From IMG/VR virus record IMGVR_UViG_3300029309_000012: a stretch of 64,000 bases of DNA. One strand, given 5' to 3'. Source of the DNA: an uncultured virus (IMG/VR IMGVR_UViG_3300029309_000012) (taxonomy: Duplodnaviria; Heunggongvirae; Uroviricota; Caudoviricetes). Numbering within the stretch: position 1 is the first letter of the stretch; the number at the start of each line of letters is the position of its first letter. The position numbers were made by a program, and so were the translations under genes. This document shows, one piece after another, positions 1 to 8,914 of the stretch. The notes beneath the pieces were generated by a model, which did not search any database, was not told the DNA's origin, and saw nothing but the letters and a program-made list of their open reading frames with translations.

Positions 1-339
1 CATAGTTACGCTGACCTTATCCGCTACGGAACAGTCAATCTGAATTTTGTCTGTGGTTTCAAGCACTACTTTGTTACCAGCAAGAATTTCAAGAGACGCA
101 CCAACAGGAATGGGAGCATCTTTCAACAGGAATGTTGTTGTATTGGTTGCTGAACGTCCGCCACCAGATGTATCGCTGACTAGCTTTACACTAGCTGTGA
201 CTTGACTGGTGTGTACGTTAGCTAAAACCATACCCAAGATAATGGTAGTTGTACTACCCGGTGCTGTGTATAGGTCTTCTGGACTACCGCTAGATGCTGG
301 CATAACGTCATGCGATACTACCTTAAATGTGTTAGCCAT
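1..339 (-). CDS. Tail-associated structural protein (partial, runs off the window edge)
   Basis: Translated by hand from ATG at 339: MANTFKVVSHDVMPASSGSPEDLYTAPGSTTTIILG...; beta-rich, follows the tail fibre, preceded by GAGGG and a consensus promoter. Confidence 0.7.
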   Translation of the reverse strand, partial: MANTFKVVSHDVMPASSGSPEDLYTAPGSTTTIILGMVLANVHTSQVTASVKLVSDTSGGGRSATNTTTFLLKDAPIPVGASLEILAGNKVVLETTDKIQIDCSVADKVSVTM

Positions 340-360
340 TTCTCATCCCTCTTCGGATAT

Positions 361-389
361 ATTATACGTTATTAATCGTTGATTGTCAA
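361..389 (-). promoter_or_regulatory. Consensus sigma70 promoter
   Basis: TTGACA-17 nt-TATAAT on the minus strand in the intergenic gap. Confidence 0.85.
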
Positions 390-391
390 GG

Positions 392-2044
392 TTATCCAAG
401 CGCAATCGCAAGGGCCGTCGCCTCGTTAGCAGCATCAGCAGCAGTTACAGCCCCGATATCTGAAATAACTTCTGATGTAGAACGACTTTCAAGTCCGCTA
501 GATGTAAACCTAGCGTACTCGTCATCAGCCACAGACGAACTGTCGATCTTGACCGCGTTGGTGTTCGAGATGCCAAATGTCAGGGATGCCTGTCCGCCGA
601 TGTCAGACAGCACCTCTGATGCGGAACGTCCCTCAATCGACGTGCCATCGATGCGAAGGAAGTCGTTGTCAGCGGCACCACTTGTAAACACCGCTACGTT
701 GCCGTTGCTGATGCCGGTATCAGTAACCGCTGCTGTACCGAGTCCAAGAGTCGTACGCTGGGCAGCAGCGTCAGCGTCATCCAGCAGAGCTTTACCTGCT
801 GCTGTGAGGTCATATGTGGCTGCGCTGCCGGAACCGCTAAACTGGATACCCTTGTCAGCAGCAGACGTGAGGCCAGCAAGTGCCTGTAGTTCTGCGTCCA
901 GACGTGCGTTTGCAACGGTGCCGGACAACTGACTGGCATCGATGGTTTTGTTAGTGAGTGTCTGAGAGCCGGACAGCGTAGCTACGGTGCTGTCGATTGC
1001 AACAGTCAAGGTATTGCCCGAGCCGGACGTATCGATGCCGGTGCCGCCAGCAATGTCGAGAGTTTCGCTGTCGAGGTCGATGCTAAGTGCGCCGCCGCTG
1101 TCCCCCTGAAAATCTAAATCAGACGCAGTAACCTGTGCATCTACATACGCCTTGATGGCTTTGGCTGATGCGAGGGTGGTGTCTGTCCCGGCAACACTCG
1201 ATAGGTCTGTGTCGAGGACGCCCGACTTGAGGTTGTCCACTTCGATGTTCGACAGAGTATTGTTGTCGGCATCGAGTGTCTTATTTGTCAGAGTTTTTGT
1301 AGTTGCGGCGAGGTACGTGTCGAAGGTATCGACTGTGGTCTGACGCATCGTTCCAGCGTCGTTGGTTACGATACCATCCCCACCTGCCACGGCTGTTGTG
1401 CCAGCAGATGTGCCACCATCCATTAGGTTGAGTTCTGCGGCAGTGGCAGTTACATCCGTACCGCCAATGTCGAGGGTTGTCATCGACACTTCGCCAGCGA
1501 CAGTCAAGACATCCGATGCGAGGGTCATCAGGTCTGTGTCGTCAGTGTGACCGATAGTTGTGCCGTTGATGTTGACGTTGTCGATGACGGCCTGTGTGAT
1601 TGCACTGTTCGTGCCGAGCGTTGCGCCGTCGATAGAACCACCGTCGATGTTAGCTGTGTCCGCAGCCAAGCTGTCGATGTTGGCGGTGCCGTTTATGTGT
1701 AGGTCTTTGAACTGCTTGCTCGACGAGCCGAGATCGATATCATTGTCGGTTGTTGGCTCAATCACGCCGTCCTTGATAACAAGCTGCTCTACAGACGAAC
1801 TGGATACGTCAACCGAAAACTCAATCTGATTGTTGGGGTTGTCAATGACGACTTTGTTTAGCGGCGTAGTTTCGCCCGGATCACCGATGAGTCCGATGAC
1901 CGGACCCTCTGCAGCGGTGCCATCGTGCTTGTGACCGCTGGAATTATTGAACGCAGCAAGAACCTGATCGAATTCGTTGTTACTGTGTGCGGCGGTGATA
2001 GTATCGCCGTCAGAGTAAGACGACTGTCTAGTGTAACCTGCCAT
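392..2044 (-). CDS. Tail fibre protein (phage 1)
   Basis: 550 aa, T/S/G/D/A-rich, TLTNKT repeats, duplicated GISN...SEV(L/I)SDIG unit, follows the tail tube genes. Confidence 0.8.
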   Translation of the reverse strand: MAGYTRQSSYSDGDTITAAHSNNEFDQVLAAFNNSSGHKHDGTAAEGPVIGLIGDPGETTPLNKVVIDNPNNQIEFSVDVSSSSVEQLVIKDGVIEPTTDNDIDLGSSSKQFKDLHINGTANIDSLAADTANIDGGSIDGATLGTNSAITQAVIDNVNINGTTIGHTDDTDLMTLASDVLTVAGEVSMTTLDIGGTDVTATAAELNLMDGGTSAGTTAVAGGDGIVTNDAGTMRQTTVDTFDTYLAATTKTLTNKTLDADNNTLSNIEVDNLKSGVLDTDLSSVAGTDTTLASAKAIKAYVDAQVTASDLDFQGDSGGALSIDLDSETLDIAGGTGIDTSGSGNTLTVAIDSTVATLSGSQTLTNKTIDASQLSGTVANARLDAELQALAGLTSAADKGIQFSGSGSAATYDLTAAGKALLDDADAAAQRTTLGLGTAAVTDTGISNGNVAVFTSGAADNDFLRIDGTSIEGRSASEVLSDIGGQASLTFGISNTNAVKIDSSSVADDEYARFTSSGLESRSTSEVISDIGAVTAADAANEATALAIALG

Positions 2045-2047
2045 GTG

Positions 2048-3571
2048 TTATCTCCTCCCTCCCGGAGTAAATTCTAATTGATACCCTTTGACTGATATGG
2101 GGGCTGCGCCCTGTGTGTCATCCAAGCGCACAGCTACTGTAAATCCCCCGCCTTCTACGCTCTGTCGTACAAGCGGTGTGCCCGATGATCCGTATACTGC
2201 GGTGCCGTATGTCGATGCAGCCAACCCGTAGAGTGCGATTGCCGATCCGGTAGTCAGATCGTATTCTGCTGGCTGGGGTACATCCGCCGAACTAAAGTCA
2301 TAACGAATACGAAATTTAGAGTTGACTGCGCCGTCGTTGTCATAGTTCCAGATGATGCGCTGCATCAACTTTCGTATACCAGCATCTCCCATCGTATAGT
2401 CAGGAGAACGATATATAGCGCCTATGTTAGTGCCGTCAAAAGTGTTGCCCGACTCTTGCTTGTGGATGTATCCGTCGTATCCGCCGTGTAAAATCGTCTC
2501 GACTCCACTGATAAATCCGGAAGCAGCACACGCGGGTTTGATACCCTTGAGGTCTGCGTACTCCCAGCCTATACCACCTTCGACGCCCGACTTGATAACT
2601 CCTATGATGCCGAGAGCAGCCGATGACGCTTGTGAGTCTGTGGGGAAAAACAGACGATACTGAGTCTTTCCTCGTATAACTAGAGAGGACATTCTTTCCG
2701 TGGACACATTTTCTAGGCGAGGCTGTATCTGCTTCGACACGGTGCCGAGTTCAACGTCGCCAATCTTTTCAGTACCAGCAACTGTGCGTAGTCCGTCAGG
2801 TGCGAGAAAGACGATATCACCCGATATCTCTTGGATGCTGAAACCGTCTACACAACCAATCTTACGTGTGACTGGTACGACTACAAAATCTGACGAACTC
2901 GAACCTGTGATCTTAAAGATAGAGTCTTCGCAGAAAACAAAGAGACTTTCACGGAAGACTTTGATGCCCTTGATGATGCCGTCAACCTTAATTGATCCGG
3001 CACCGCTACCCCCCGTAAAATTATCTTCGTCGAAGGGCACACTGAAGATAAGCTCCTGCGGACTTGCAGACATACCCGCGTAGAACACGTGACTCCGGAA
3101 CACCTCCACAAACGCGGGGTCCGCCGGTCTACCGCTGGCACTTACGTCAGTGACGCTAGTGTTGTTAAAGACCGATGCGAGGTTTGCGCCGTCTACGAAG
3201 ACTACCTTGTCTGTGCCGTCGAAGTTAAAGTTAACGAAGTTGTATCGTCCGGCACTGGTGCGCCCCGTATCTATCTCTGTCCATGATCCGGTTGCGCCGC
3301 CCTTGAATACCTTTTCACCACGTGCAGCAAGGACTTGATCTTTGTAGATGTGTACACCAATAACCTTTTCGGTAGACGCGCTGGTCTGTGGTACGATGTT
3401 CGAGTTGAACTTAGCGAACCCGTTGATGCGGCGATATCCGCCGTTGATGTCAGGTTCGAAGTTTTGCAACTGTGTAGCTGCACCGGGGGGTAGGGTAAAG
3501 GCATCCTTATCAAGCACCAAACCGCCACCTAGCTTCACAACAAACGGACTGAGTAGTGAAGTATCTGGCAT
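2048..3571 (-). CDS. Tail tubular/nozzle protein B-like
   Basis: 507 aa beta-propeller-like sequence between the adaptor and the fibre. Confidence 0.7.
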   Translation of the reverse strand: MPDTSLLSPFVVKLGGGLVLDKDAFTLPPGAATQLQNFEPDINGGYRRINGFAKFNSNIVPQTSASTEKVIGVHIYKDQVLAARGEKVFKGGATGSWTEIDTGRTSAGRYNFVNFNFDGTDKVVFVDGANLASVFNNTSVTDVSASGRPADPAFVEVFRSHVFYAGMSASPQELIFSVPFDEDNFTGGSGAGSIKVDGIIKGIKVFRESLFVFCEDSIFKITGSSSSDFVVVPVTRKIGCVDGFSIQEISGDIVFLAPDGLRTVAGTEKIGDVELGTVSKQIQPRLENVSTERMSSLVIRGKTQYRLFFPTDSQASSAALGIIGVIKSGVEGGIGWEYADLKGIKPACAASGFISGVETILHGGYDGYIHKQESGNTFDGTNIGAIYRSPDYTMGDAGIRKLMQRIIWNYDNDGAVNSKFRIRYDFSSADVPQPAEYDLTTGSAIALYGLAASTYGTAVYGSSGTPLVRQSVEGGGFTVAVRLDDTQGAAPISVKGYQLEFTPGGRR

Positions 3572-4233
3572 CAGACGGCCCTCATATAATCCTTACGGTT
3601 GATTAATTCGACACGCAAGCGAAGTAGTCCTTCCTTGTAGTCACGCAACGCAAGCTGTGCAAACTGGACATCAGAGCGAAGCATATGAACGTAGTAACGA
3701 GCGCGGTTGACGATGACATCGTGGAAACGCTCGGGTATGACAGATACGTCAGTATTGTTGACCAAATCTGATGTGGTCTGATAGTAGTAATACCTGACGG
3801 TGTAAGTAGAAACGTCCGGCACGGGAGACAAGCCGATTTTTTGATCAGGTGTTTTGTAGACAAACTCGGGTAAGGCCCGTGCGCTTGTGTCCGGATTTGT
3901 ATCCGCCTCGTTGCGTTGTTCGAGGTACTCGTTGAATGACAGGTACTTCAGTTGTTTTTCCGCCGTGGATGCGGACTCTTGTACAGTAAAACTATCATAG
4001 TCGACAGTTTTTGCATCTGACTCTCGGGAATACTCTCCTGTTCCCGCAGTAGTCGTAAAAGACTGACTAACAACAGTAAACGGCCACTCAACTTCGGAGT
4101 TAATAATGTCTCGCTGCGACTTGTTGATGAAGTCTTTGACTGACGTTTGGATGCCGCGCGTCGAAGAAACTGTAGTGATTTCCACTTCATTTATTTCTCG
4201 TAACACAGCGTTGATAAGTTCTAGGAATGTCAT
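3571..4233 (-). CDS. Head-tail adaptor / tail tubular protein A-like
   Basis: 220 aa, MTFLELINAVLREINE start and IPERFHDVIV motif typical of podovirus adaptors. Confidence 0.75.
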   Translation of the reverse strand: MTFLELINAVLREINEVEITTVSSTRGIQTSVKDFINKSQRDIINSEVEWPFTVVSQSFTTTAGTGEYSRESDAKTVDYDSFTVQESASTAEKQLKYLSFNEYLEQRNEADTNPDTSARALPEFVYKTPDQKIGLSPVPDVSTYTVRYYYYQTTSDLVNNTDVSVIPERFHDVIVNRARYYVHMLRSDVQFAQLALRDYKEGLLRLRVELINRKDYMRAV

Positions 4234-4494
4234 CTATCGTACCTTGCGATATGAGCGGGTCTTTTTTGCTATCTTCTTCGGTTGCCTAGCAACCTGTTTA
4301 CCCGCCTTCGTGGCCTTACGCTTTGCGCGAGTCGTAGCAGCGTACTCTTTCGCGGAGAGCGCCTTAATAGCTTTTTCCGGTAGATATCTCTCCCCGGTAG
4401 CTTTCGGACCTTGTGTGGACGGCTTGCCACTTTTGGTGCGCCACTTCTGCTTAGTCCAAGCTGTCAAAGAGCGTTGGCTCTTCTTCTTCGGCAT
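4234..4494 (-). CDS. Small basic (K/R-rich) protein
   Basis: 86 aa, WTKQKWRTKSGKPS...GERYLP, translationally coupled in the late operon. Confidence 0.75.
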   Translation of the reverse strand: MPKKKSQRSLTAWTKQKWRTKSGKPSTQGPKATGERYLPEKAIKALSAKEYAATTRAKRKATKAGKQVARQPKKIAKKTRSYRKVR

Positions 4495-4702
4495 CTGCCA
4501 TCTCCATCGTTAAAGTAGCGAGGGCGGCCAATTTATCTTGCGCTCCGCTCCATCTTGAAAGCGCTTGATCCATTTCTTCCAAGAGACCCGGATGTTCACC
4601 GATGCCAACAGGATGATCAATGTAAACTTGGAATACAAACTCTGCATCTGCCATCTCCGCCTGATATTTGTGTTGTAACGCCTGTATCGCTAACTTGTGC
4701 AT
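4451..4702 (-). CDS. Hypothetical protein
   Basis: 83 aa, PVGIGEHP motif, GAGGA RBS. Confidence 0.7.
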   Translation of the reverse strand: MHKLAIQALQHKYQAEMADAEFVFQVYIDHPVGIGEHPGLLEEMDQALSRWSGAQDKLAALATLTMEMADAEEEEPTLFDSLD

Positions 4703-4711
4703 TATTCCTCA

Positions 4712-5143
4712 CTATAACTTACCCTGATGATGCGCCAACAAAAGAATAAAACCCACGAGTATTGCTAAAAGTGTTGACGATATTATTGTGATCAGAGTCC
4801 AGTCTACTATCTTTCTACGTCGTTTGGCTGCTGCTATTTCTGCTTCTCTTCGTGCTGTCCGTGCCTTTGCTTGGAAGCGTTGCCAGTCTCCCCACAGTCC
4901 GGGCCGTCCAGCATATATCATAATCTGTTTTAGTTGATCTTCTTGTTCCCGTATCTGTTCGAGAGCCATAAACTCCTCTAGGTCAGAACTATTGCCCTTT
5001 TTAGTCGCCTTACGCTGCAAGTCCTCCTTTGCACCCACAAAGTTCGCAATCGCAGTCCCAGCACTGGCAATGTCTTTGCCGTTCTGGACCGCCGTCTTTA
5101 TCACTGCGAACGCTGCATTTGCAGCGGCAAGTTCTGCTAACAT
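4712..5143 (-). CDS. Membrane-anchored hypothetical protein
   Basis: 143 aa helical protein with a C-terminal transmembrane segment. Confidence 0.7.
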   Translation of the reverse strand: MLAELAAANAAFAVIKTAVQNGKDIASAGTAIANFVGAKEDLQRKATKKGNSSDLEEFMALEQIREQEDQLKQIMIYAGRPGLWGDWQRFQAKARTARREAEIAAAKRRRKIVDWTLITIISSTLLAILVGFILLLAHHQGKL

Positions 5144-5331
5144 CAGTAAACTCGTACGCTTTCATCGACTAACTTAGGTAGGCAGTATGCCGTCACCTTA
5201 TTCCCTTGCTTGTGGAGTTTTTGAGCGAACCACACACATTCGTTGAGGTCGCGGAAATACATGTCCTTACTTACCATGCGTTGTTCTTCCCCTGTGCCGA
5301 GAAGCACAAACAGAAGAAACACATGTTTCAT
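5143..5331 (-). CDS. Small two-Cys protein with hydrophobic N-terminus
   Basis: 62 aa, start and stop overlap neighbouring genes. Confidence 0.65.
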   Translation of the reverse strand: MKHVFLLFVLLGTGEEQRMVSKDMYFRDLNECVWFAQKLHKQGNKVTAYCLPKLVDESVRVY

Positions 5332-5483
5332 CGCTTGGCTTTTTTGGCTCCGCGACGGGTAGGCTTGGATTTGCCCAAGACTTTACTGAGAGTCTTGTGC
5401 TGTCCAGTGTGAGCTTTGACAGCCTTCTTAAGACCCTTCGCAACTTTCTGGACGCGTTTTCTATTTTGTGGTGTAAGTGCCAT
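5328..5483 (-). CDS. Small basic protein (not in the ORF track)
   Basis: Translated by hand: MALTPQNRKRVQKVAKGLKKAVKAHTGQHKTLSKVLGKSKPTRRGAKKAKR (51 aa), overlapping start/stop at both ends. Confidence 0.75.
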   Translation of the reverse strand: MALTPQNRKRVQKVAKGLKKAVKAHTGQHKTLSKVLGKSKPTRRGAKKAKR

Positions 5484-5845
5484 CAGTCTTTATAACCTCC
5501 TCCGGCTTTTTTGTAGGCAGACGCAAGCATCTGAGCTTTACGCGCCGACCACTGACCCGGGCGTCCGCCCTTGCCACCGGCCTTGATACGATTGAATATA
5601 CGTTTTCTCATTCCGGGCTTAGTGTAGTTGCCAGCCTCATTAACTCTACTCTTGCCCTTCGCTTTAGACTTCGACGATTTGCGAGTTTTTCTAACCCGGC
5701 CACCCTTCTTGAGTTCTTCTGTTTCCTCGACGCCCGTGATCTTGTCAGCGTTACGTGTTGCGTAGAAGACTTCTTCACCCTTCTTACCCCCGTATGTGCG
5801 TTTCATCGACTGCATGATCTTTTTGCCTTTGTCTGTTAGGGGCAT
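5483..5845 (-). CDS. Small basic protein
   Basis: Probable start MPLTDKGKK at 5845 overlapping the lysozyme stop; K/R/G-rich, GQWSARKAQ motif. Confidence 0.75.
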   Translation of the reverse strand: MPLTDKGKKIMQSMKRTYGGKKGEEVFYATRNADKITGVEETEELKKGGRVRKTRKSSKSKAKGKSRVNEAGNYTKPGMRKRIFNRIKAGGKGGRPGQWSARKAQMLASAYKKAGGGYKD

Positions 5846-6360
5846 CAGAACTGTCCACTCTTCATGGCGTCCGAAAGTTTCGTCGCTCGTGATTTGACCT
5901 GCCGCGCCCAACGCGAATCGAGCATCTCGACGGATGCGGTGTCGAAGTCTTCCGCCTCGATAGCAGCCCACATCTTCTTGAATTTGCAGAGGCGTGGCAC
6001 GCCCATATTGAATGCCATGTCCATCACAATCAGTTGCCGCACAGCATCGAGGTCGTACACACAGGGCTTCGCTCGTGCTAGTTCGTTCTCTACGATTGCG
6101 ATGTCGTTAGTGGCGAGATAATACGCATCCGCTTCTGTGATGCCGTGTTCGTAGACAGCATCTATGGAGGGAATATCCATGTAATCAAGTTCTTCTTTAC
6201 TGATCCCCCGGCCTTCTAAATTGCGCCCGATACCTATAGTGTCGATGCCGAGAGTGTCCTTATACACGGTAAGAACCAAGCCTTCGTGCTGTCTTACCTT
6301 CTCTACGAATGTGTTTAAGTCGTATTTCATTCCACGCTTTATGTTATTTGCATTCATCAT
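5845..6360 (-). CDS. Endolysin, T4-lysozyme-like (GH24)
   Basis: HEG...YKDTLG..TIGIGRNL catalytic E-D-T motif; MAFNMG and SRWARQV motifs. Confidence 0.9.
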   Translation of the reverse strand: MMNANNIKRGMKYDLNTFVEKVRQHEGLVLTVYKDTLGIDTIGIGRNLEGRGISKEELDYMDIPSIDAVYEHGITEADAYYLATNDIAIVENELARAKPCVYDLDAVRQLIVMDMAFNMGVPRLCKFKKMWAAIEAEDFDTASVEMLDSRWARQVKSRATKLSDAMKSGQF

Positions 6361-6566
6361 TTCTTCGCCTCATGTCCCATCCAGACCGCAAATGCACCGG
6401 TCATAGCCCCCGTCACTACACTGACAAGTGCCGCCTGTTGACTCGTCGGGTCCGGAAGTTGCATGAACCACTCCACCACGCGCCACGCCGAAAGGGACAT
6501 TCCCAACATCATCAAACGGGGGAGTATCTTCCACTTCAGTATGCGCTCCATCGTAACTTCGGCCAT
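6357..6566 (-). CDS. Small two-TM membrane protein (lysis-associated)
   Basis: 69 aa with two hydrophobic helices, adjacent to the endolysin. Confidence 0.65.
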   Translation of the reverse strand: MAEVTMERILKWKILPRLMMLGMSLSAWRVVEWFMQLPDPTSQQAALVSVVTGAMTGAFAVWMGHEAKK

Positions 6567-6568
6567 AC

Positions 6569-6958
6569 TTACTTTTTCCCAAAGAATTTAGTAGCGCTAC
6601 GAACGCCAAATGAGGCAGCAACGATAACCCCCAGAGAATATTGATACCATTGCGGCATAGCCTTGAGTTGCTCGAATCCATTAGCCACGACTCCTTCCAT
6701 GCCCGGTATGAACGCAAGGATCAACGGCACCGAAAACAAAATGACCAGCCACTCGTCTTTCCACGATGACTGGCTTCCACGTGCCATTTCCAAGTCCCAT
6801 TCGAGTTCCCCCGTAGCCTTCTTTTCCATGATGGTCGCTTCGGCTTTTGCCCTTGCGACTTTGGCCCCCGTTTCGGCTTTTGTCTTTTCGACCTTGCCCT
6901 CTAGCCACGTACCGGCTAGATTCGCTATCGGGCCGATCAATGCAGTTAGCATTTCCAC
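6569..6958 (-). CDS. Holin-like protein (3TM, GTA-holin type)
   Basis: SWKDEW...PQWYQY...ASFGVR motifs with TM segments. Confidence 0.75.
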   Translation of the reverse strand: MEMLTALIGPIANLAGTWLEGKVEKTKAETGAKVARAKAEATIMEKKATGELEWDLEMARGSQSSWKDEWLVILFSVPLILAFIPGMEGVVANGFEQLKAMPQWYQYSLGVIVAASFGVRSATKFFGKK

Positions 6959-7233
6959 CTCTTCCGCGCCTGTCGTAGGCGGCTATTCGGATTCTTTGCA
7001 GCCTTTGGAAACTTCTTCATCTGCCCAGCAGAACGCGCACAGAACGACTTACGACGCTTGGCATCCTTGCTTCCGGGTTTGACCTTGCCCGTGACTGCAG
7101 TCTTCAATTTAGAACCGGGGTTCTTGCGACGATACGCAGCCACCCCGGCCTTAGTCATGCCAGCCCCTGCTTTCGTTGGCCGAAAGTTCTTTTTGTTACG
7201 GGCTGGCATCTTGTCGGCTTTGCGTGCCATCAT
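6946..7233 (-). CDS. Small basic protein
   Basis: 95 aa, RRKSFCARS...RWKC motif. Confidence 0.75.
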   Translation of the reverse strand: MMARKADKMPARNKKNFRPTKAGAGMTKAGVAAYRRKNPGSKLKTAVTGKVKPGSKDAKRRKSFCARSAGQMKKFPKAAKNPNSRLRQARKRWKC

Positions 7234-7379
7234 CTCTTCCTTGCGGTCTGTGCAGCACGCTTGAAGTTGCCCTTTGTCGGTGCGCCCTTGCTGCCAGCCT
7301 TACGCATCTTCTCGCCGCTACCGGCCTTAATACGACGACGCTTGGCTGCGATGTTGGCGTATAGTCCGCGACGTGCCAT
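7230..7379 (-). CDS. Small basic protein (not in the ORF track)
   Basis: Translated by hand: MARRGLYANIAAKRRRIKAGSGEKMRKAGSKGAPTKGNFKRAAQTARKR (49 aa), ATGA overlap with the next gene. Confidence 0.75.
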   Translation of the reverse strand: MARRGLYANIAAKRRRIKAGSGEKMRKAGSKGAPTKGNFKRAAQTARKR

Positions 7380-7383
7380 CTGA

Positions 7384-7668
7384 CTACGCCTTTACGAGCT
7401 TGAAGCCTTTTTTCTTAGCAGCAGCACGGAGCGCCGCAACGGTCATTGCACCACCACGCTTAGTCCCCTTTGCCTTGCCGCCATTTTTCATCGCCATTCT
7501 AGCGCCACCGCGTTTACCGCCTTTAGCCATACCTTTGGCTTTCATAGCTTTGCCGCCGTTACGCATCATTCTGCGACCGCCGCGCATACCACCTTTAGCC
7601 ATCTTTTTAGCACCGCCACGCTTGCCGCCTTTAGCCATGCCCTTACTCTTCTTCGTCATCTTCTTCAT
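7384..7668 (-). CDS. Basic repeat protein (MAKGG repeats)
   Basis: Probable start MKKMTKK at 7668 with GGAGAG RBS; tandem MAKGGKRGG units. Confidence 0.75.
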   Translation of the reverse strand: MKKMTKKSKGMAKGGKRGGAKKMAKGGMRGGRRMMRNGGKAMKAKGMAKGGKRGGARMAMKNGGKAKGTKRGGAMTVAALRAAAKKKGFKLVKA

Positions 7669-8332
7669 AATCGCTCTCCGCGTAGAGGTTATCGAATACC
7701 CGTGCCGTATCGTTGACGTAATTCGGGTCTTGCTTTGAATGATGGACCCACTGACTAGGAGCGAAGTCCGGTGGGCCATCGCCCGTTACGAACCAAGCAG
7801 GATTGGTCACCCTGACCCGGTTGTTCGGAAGAGCAACAATGTTGCCCGTCCACTTGCCAGCATCCATAAGTTCGAGTACGTGACTCTGTTTATGTTGTGC
7901 CGGATCGTCCGCTACCTCAGTATCCGTGTAGTCCACGGTGAAGTAATACTTAGCCGGATAGAACTCTCCGTCTATCTTAGCCAGCCACGGACACGGTGTG
8001 CCTCTGTTGAAGACAAATACTGAGTGGTGATGTGACTGACAGTCCCACGGCTGTGCCAGATAAGTAGGTATAGGTTCAGGCCACTCATCGAAGGGTGTGT
8101 CCCCTACTAGGGCTGTCAGGGGCATACGTGCCCACATCGCTCCGCCGTGTACGTTTTCTTCTTCGTCGCATCCCGTAAACAAAACTTGGAAGGATAGGGT
8201 ACGCATCGGTAGGGTGGTGACGCCTATCGCCATCGCATGTAAGAATTCACCCTGATATCTATCGTGATTGGTGGTGTATTCTCTTCGCACCCAAGTTTTG
8301 AAATACGGAATGTTACTGGTTATGTAGTTCAT
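7643..8332 (-). CDS. Hypothetical protein
   Basis: 229 aa globular W/H/C-rich ORF with AGGAG RBS. Confidence 0.75.
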   Translation of the reverse strand: MNYITSNIPYFKTWVRREYTTNHDRYQGEFLHAMAIGVTTLPMRTLSFQVLFTGCDEEENVHGGAMWARMPLTALVGDTPFDEWPEPIPTYLAQPWDCQSHHHSVFVFNRGTPCPWLAKIDGEFYPAKYYFTVDYTDTEVADDPAQHKQSHVLELMDAGKWTGNIVALPNNRVRVTNPAWFVTGDGPPDFAPSQWVHHSKQDPNYVNDTARVFDNLYAESDYEEDDEEE

Positions 8333-8393
8333 CGCAGGACTCCTGTTACTTTCCCGGCAGGGGTTCCTGCTTATATCATATATAAGTTAGAAG

Positions 8394-8424
8394 ATCAAGG
8401 GGGCAATAGAAGCCCCCCTGATAT
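8394..8424 (-). terminator. GC hairpin downstream of the capsid genes
   Basis: ATCAGGGGGGC-loop-GCCCCCTTGAT inverted repeat; weak U tract. Confidence 0.5.
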
Positions 8425-8430
8425 AAGTTA

Positions 8431-8898
8431 TTACGTTCCGGTCGAAACGGTAGCAGACTCGACAGGGTTCTGCGACACGTCGCACAGGACGGCGTGTACA
8501 CGGAAACGCAGTGCAGTCGTACCGGATGATCCGGCGTCAAGCACAGTCACCTGAACAGAGTCAGCAGAAGTGACCATGTTGTTTGCCGTAGCCTTCAGGT
8601 TGAACTGAAGGATTGCGGCAGCGTTACTTGCGCCACCGTCAACGAAGGCATCAACATCATCGCTGGTGCCCACGTCGAGCGTCACTTGAGCGTTGCCCGA
8701 AGCCTCAAGGACTTCGATACAGCCGCCGATCACCATCGTATCTGCAGGCAGATCGATGAGTTTGACGATATCAGCGCCAGCAAGTGAGGTGTTGTCCACC
8801 GCATCATAGACCGGAGAAGTGATGACGTACGGACGGGGCATGTTGCCCGGATGTCCGGTGGTGCCACCGCCGGTAATAGTACGATCATAAGTAGCCAT
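8431..8898 (-). CDS. Probable capsid decoration/minor capsid protein
   Basis: 155 aa beta-rich protein directly after the major capsid gene, GGAGG RBS. Confidence 0.6.
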   Translation of the reverse strand: MATYDRTITGGGTTGHPGNMPRPYVITSPVYDAVDNTSLAGADIVKLIDLPADTMVIGGCIEVLEASGNAQVTLDVGTSDDVDAFVDGGASNAAAILQFNLKATANNMVTSADSVQVTVLDAGSSGTTALRFRVHAVLCDVSQNPVESATVSTGT

Positions 8899-8914
8899 TA
8901 CTCAGTCCTCCCTA

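Noticed and set aside
7440..7650. Tandem CCGCCTTTAGCCAT-like repeats
   Set aside because: Explained by the MAKGG protein repeats; not an independent DNA element
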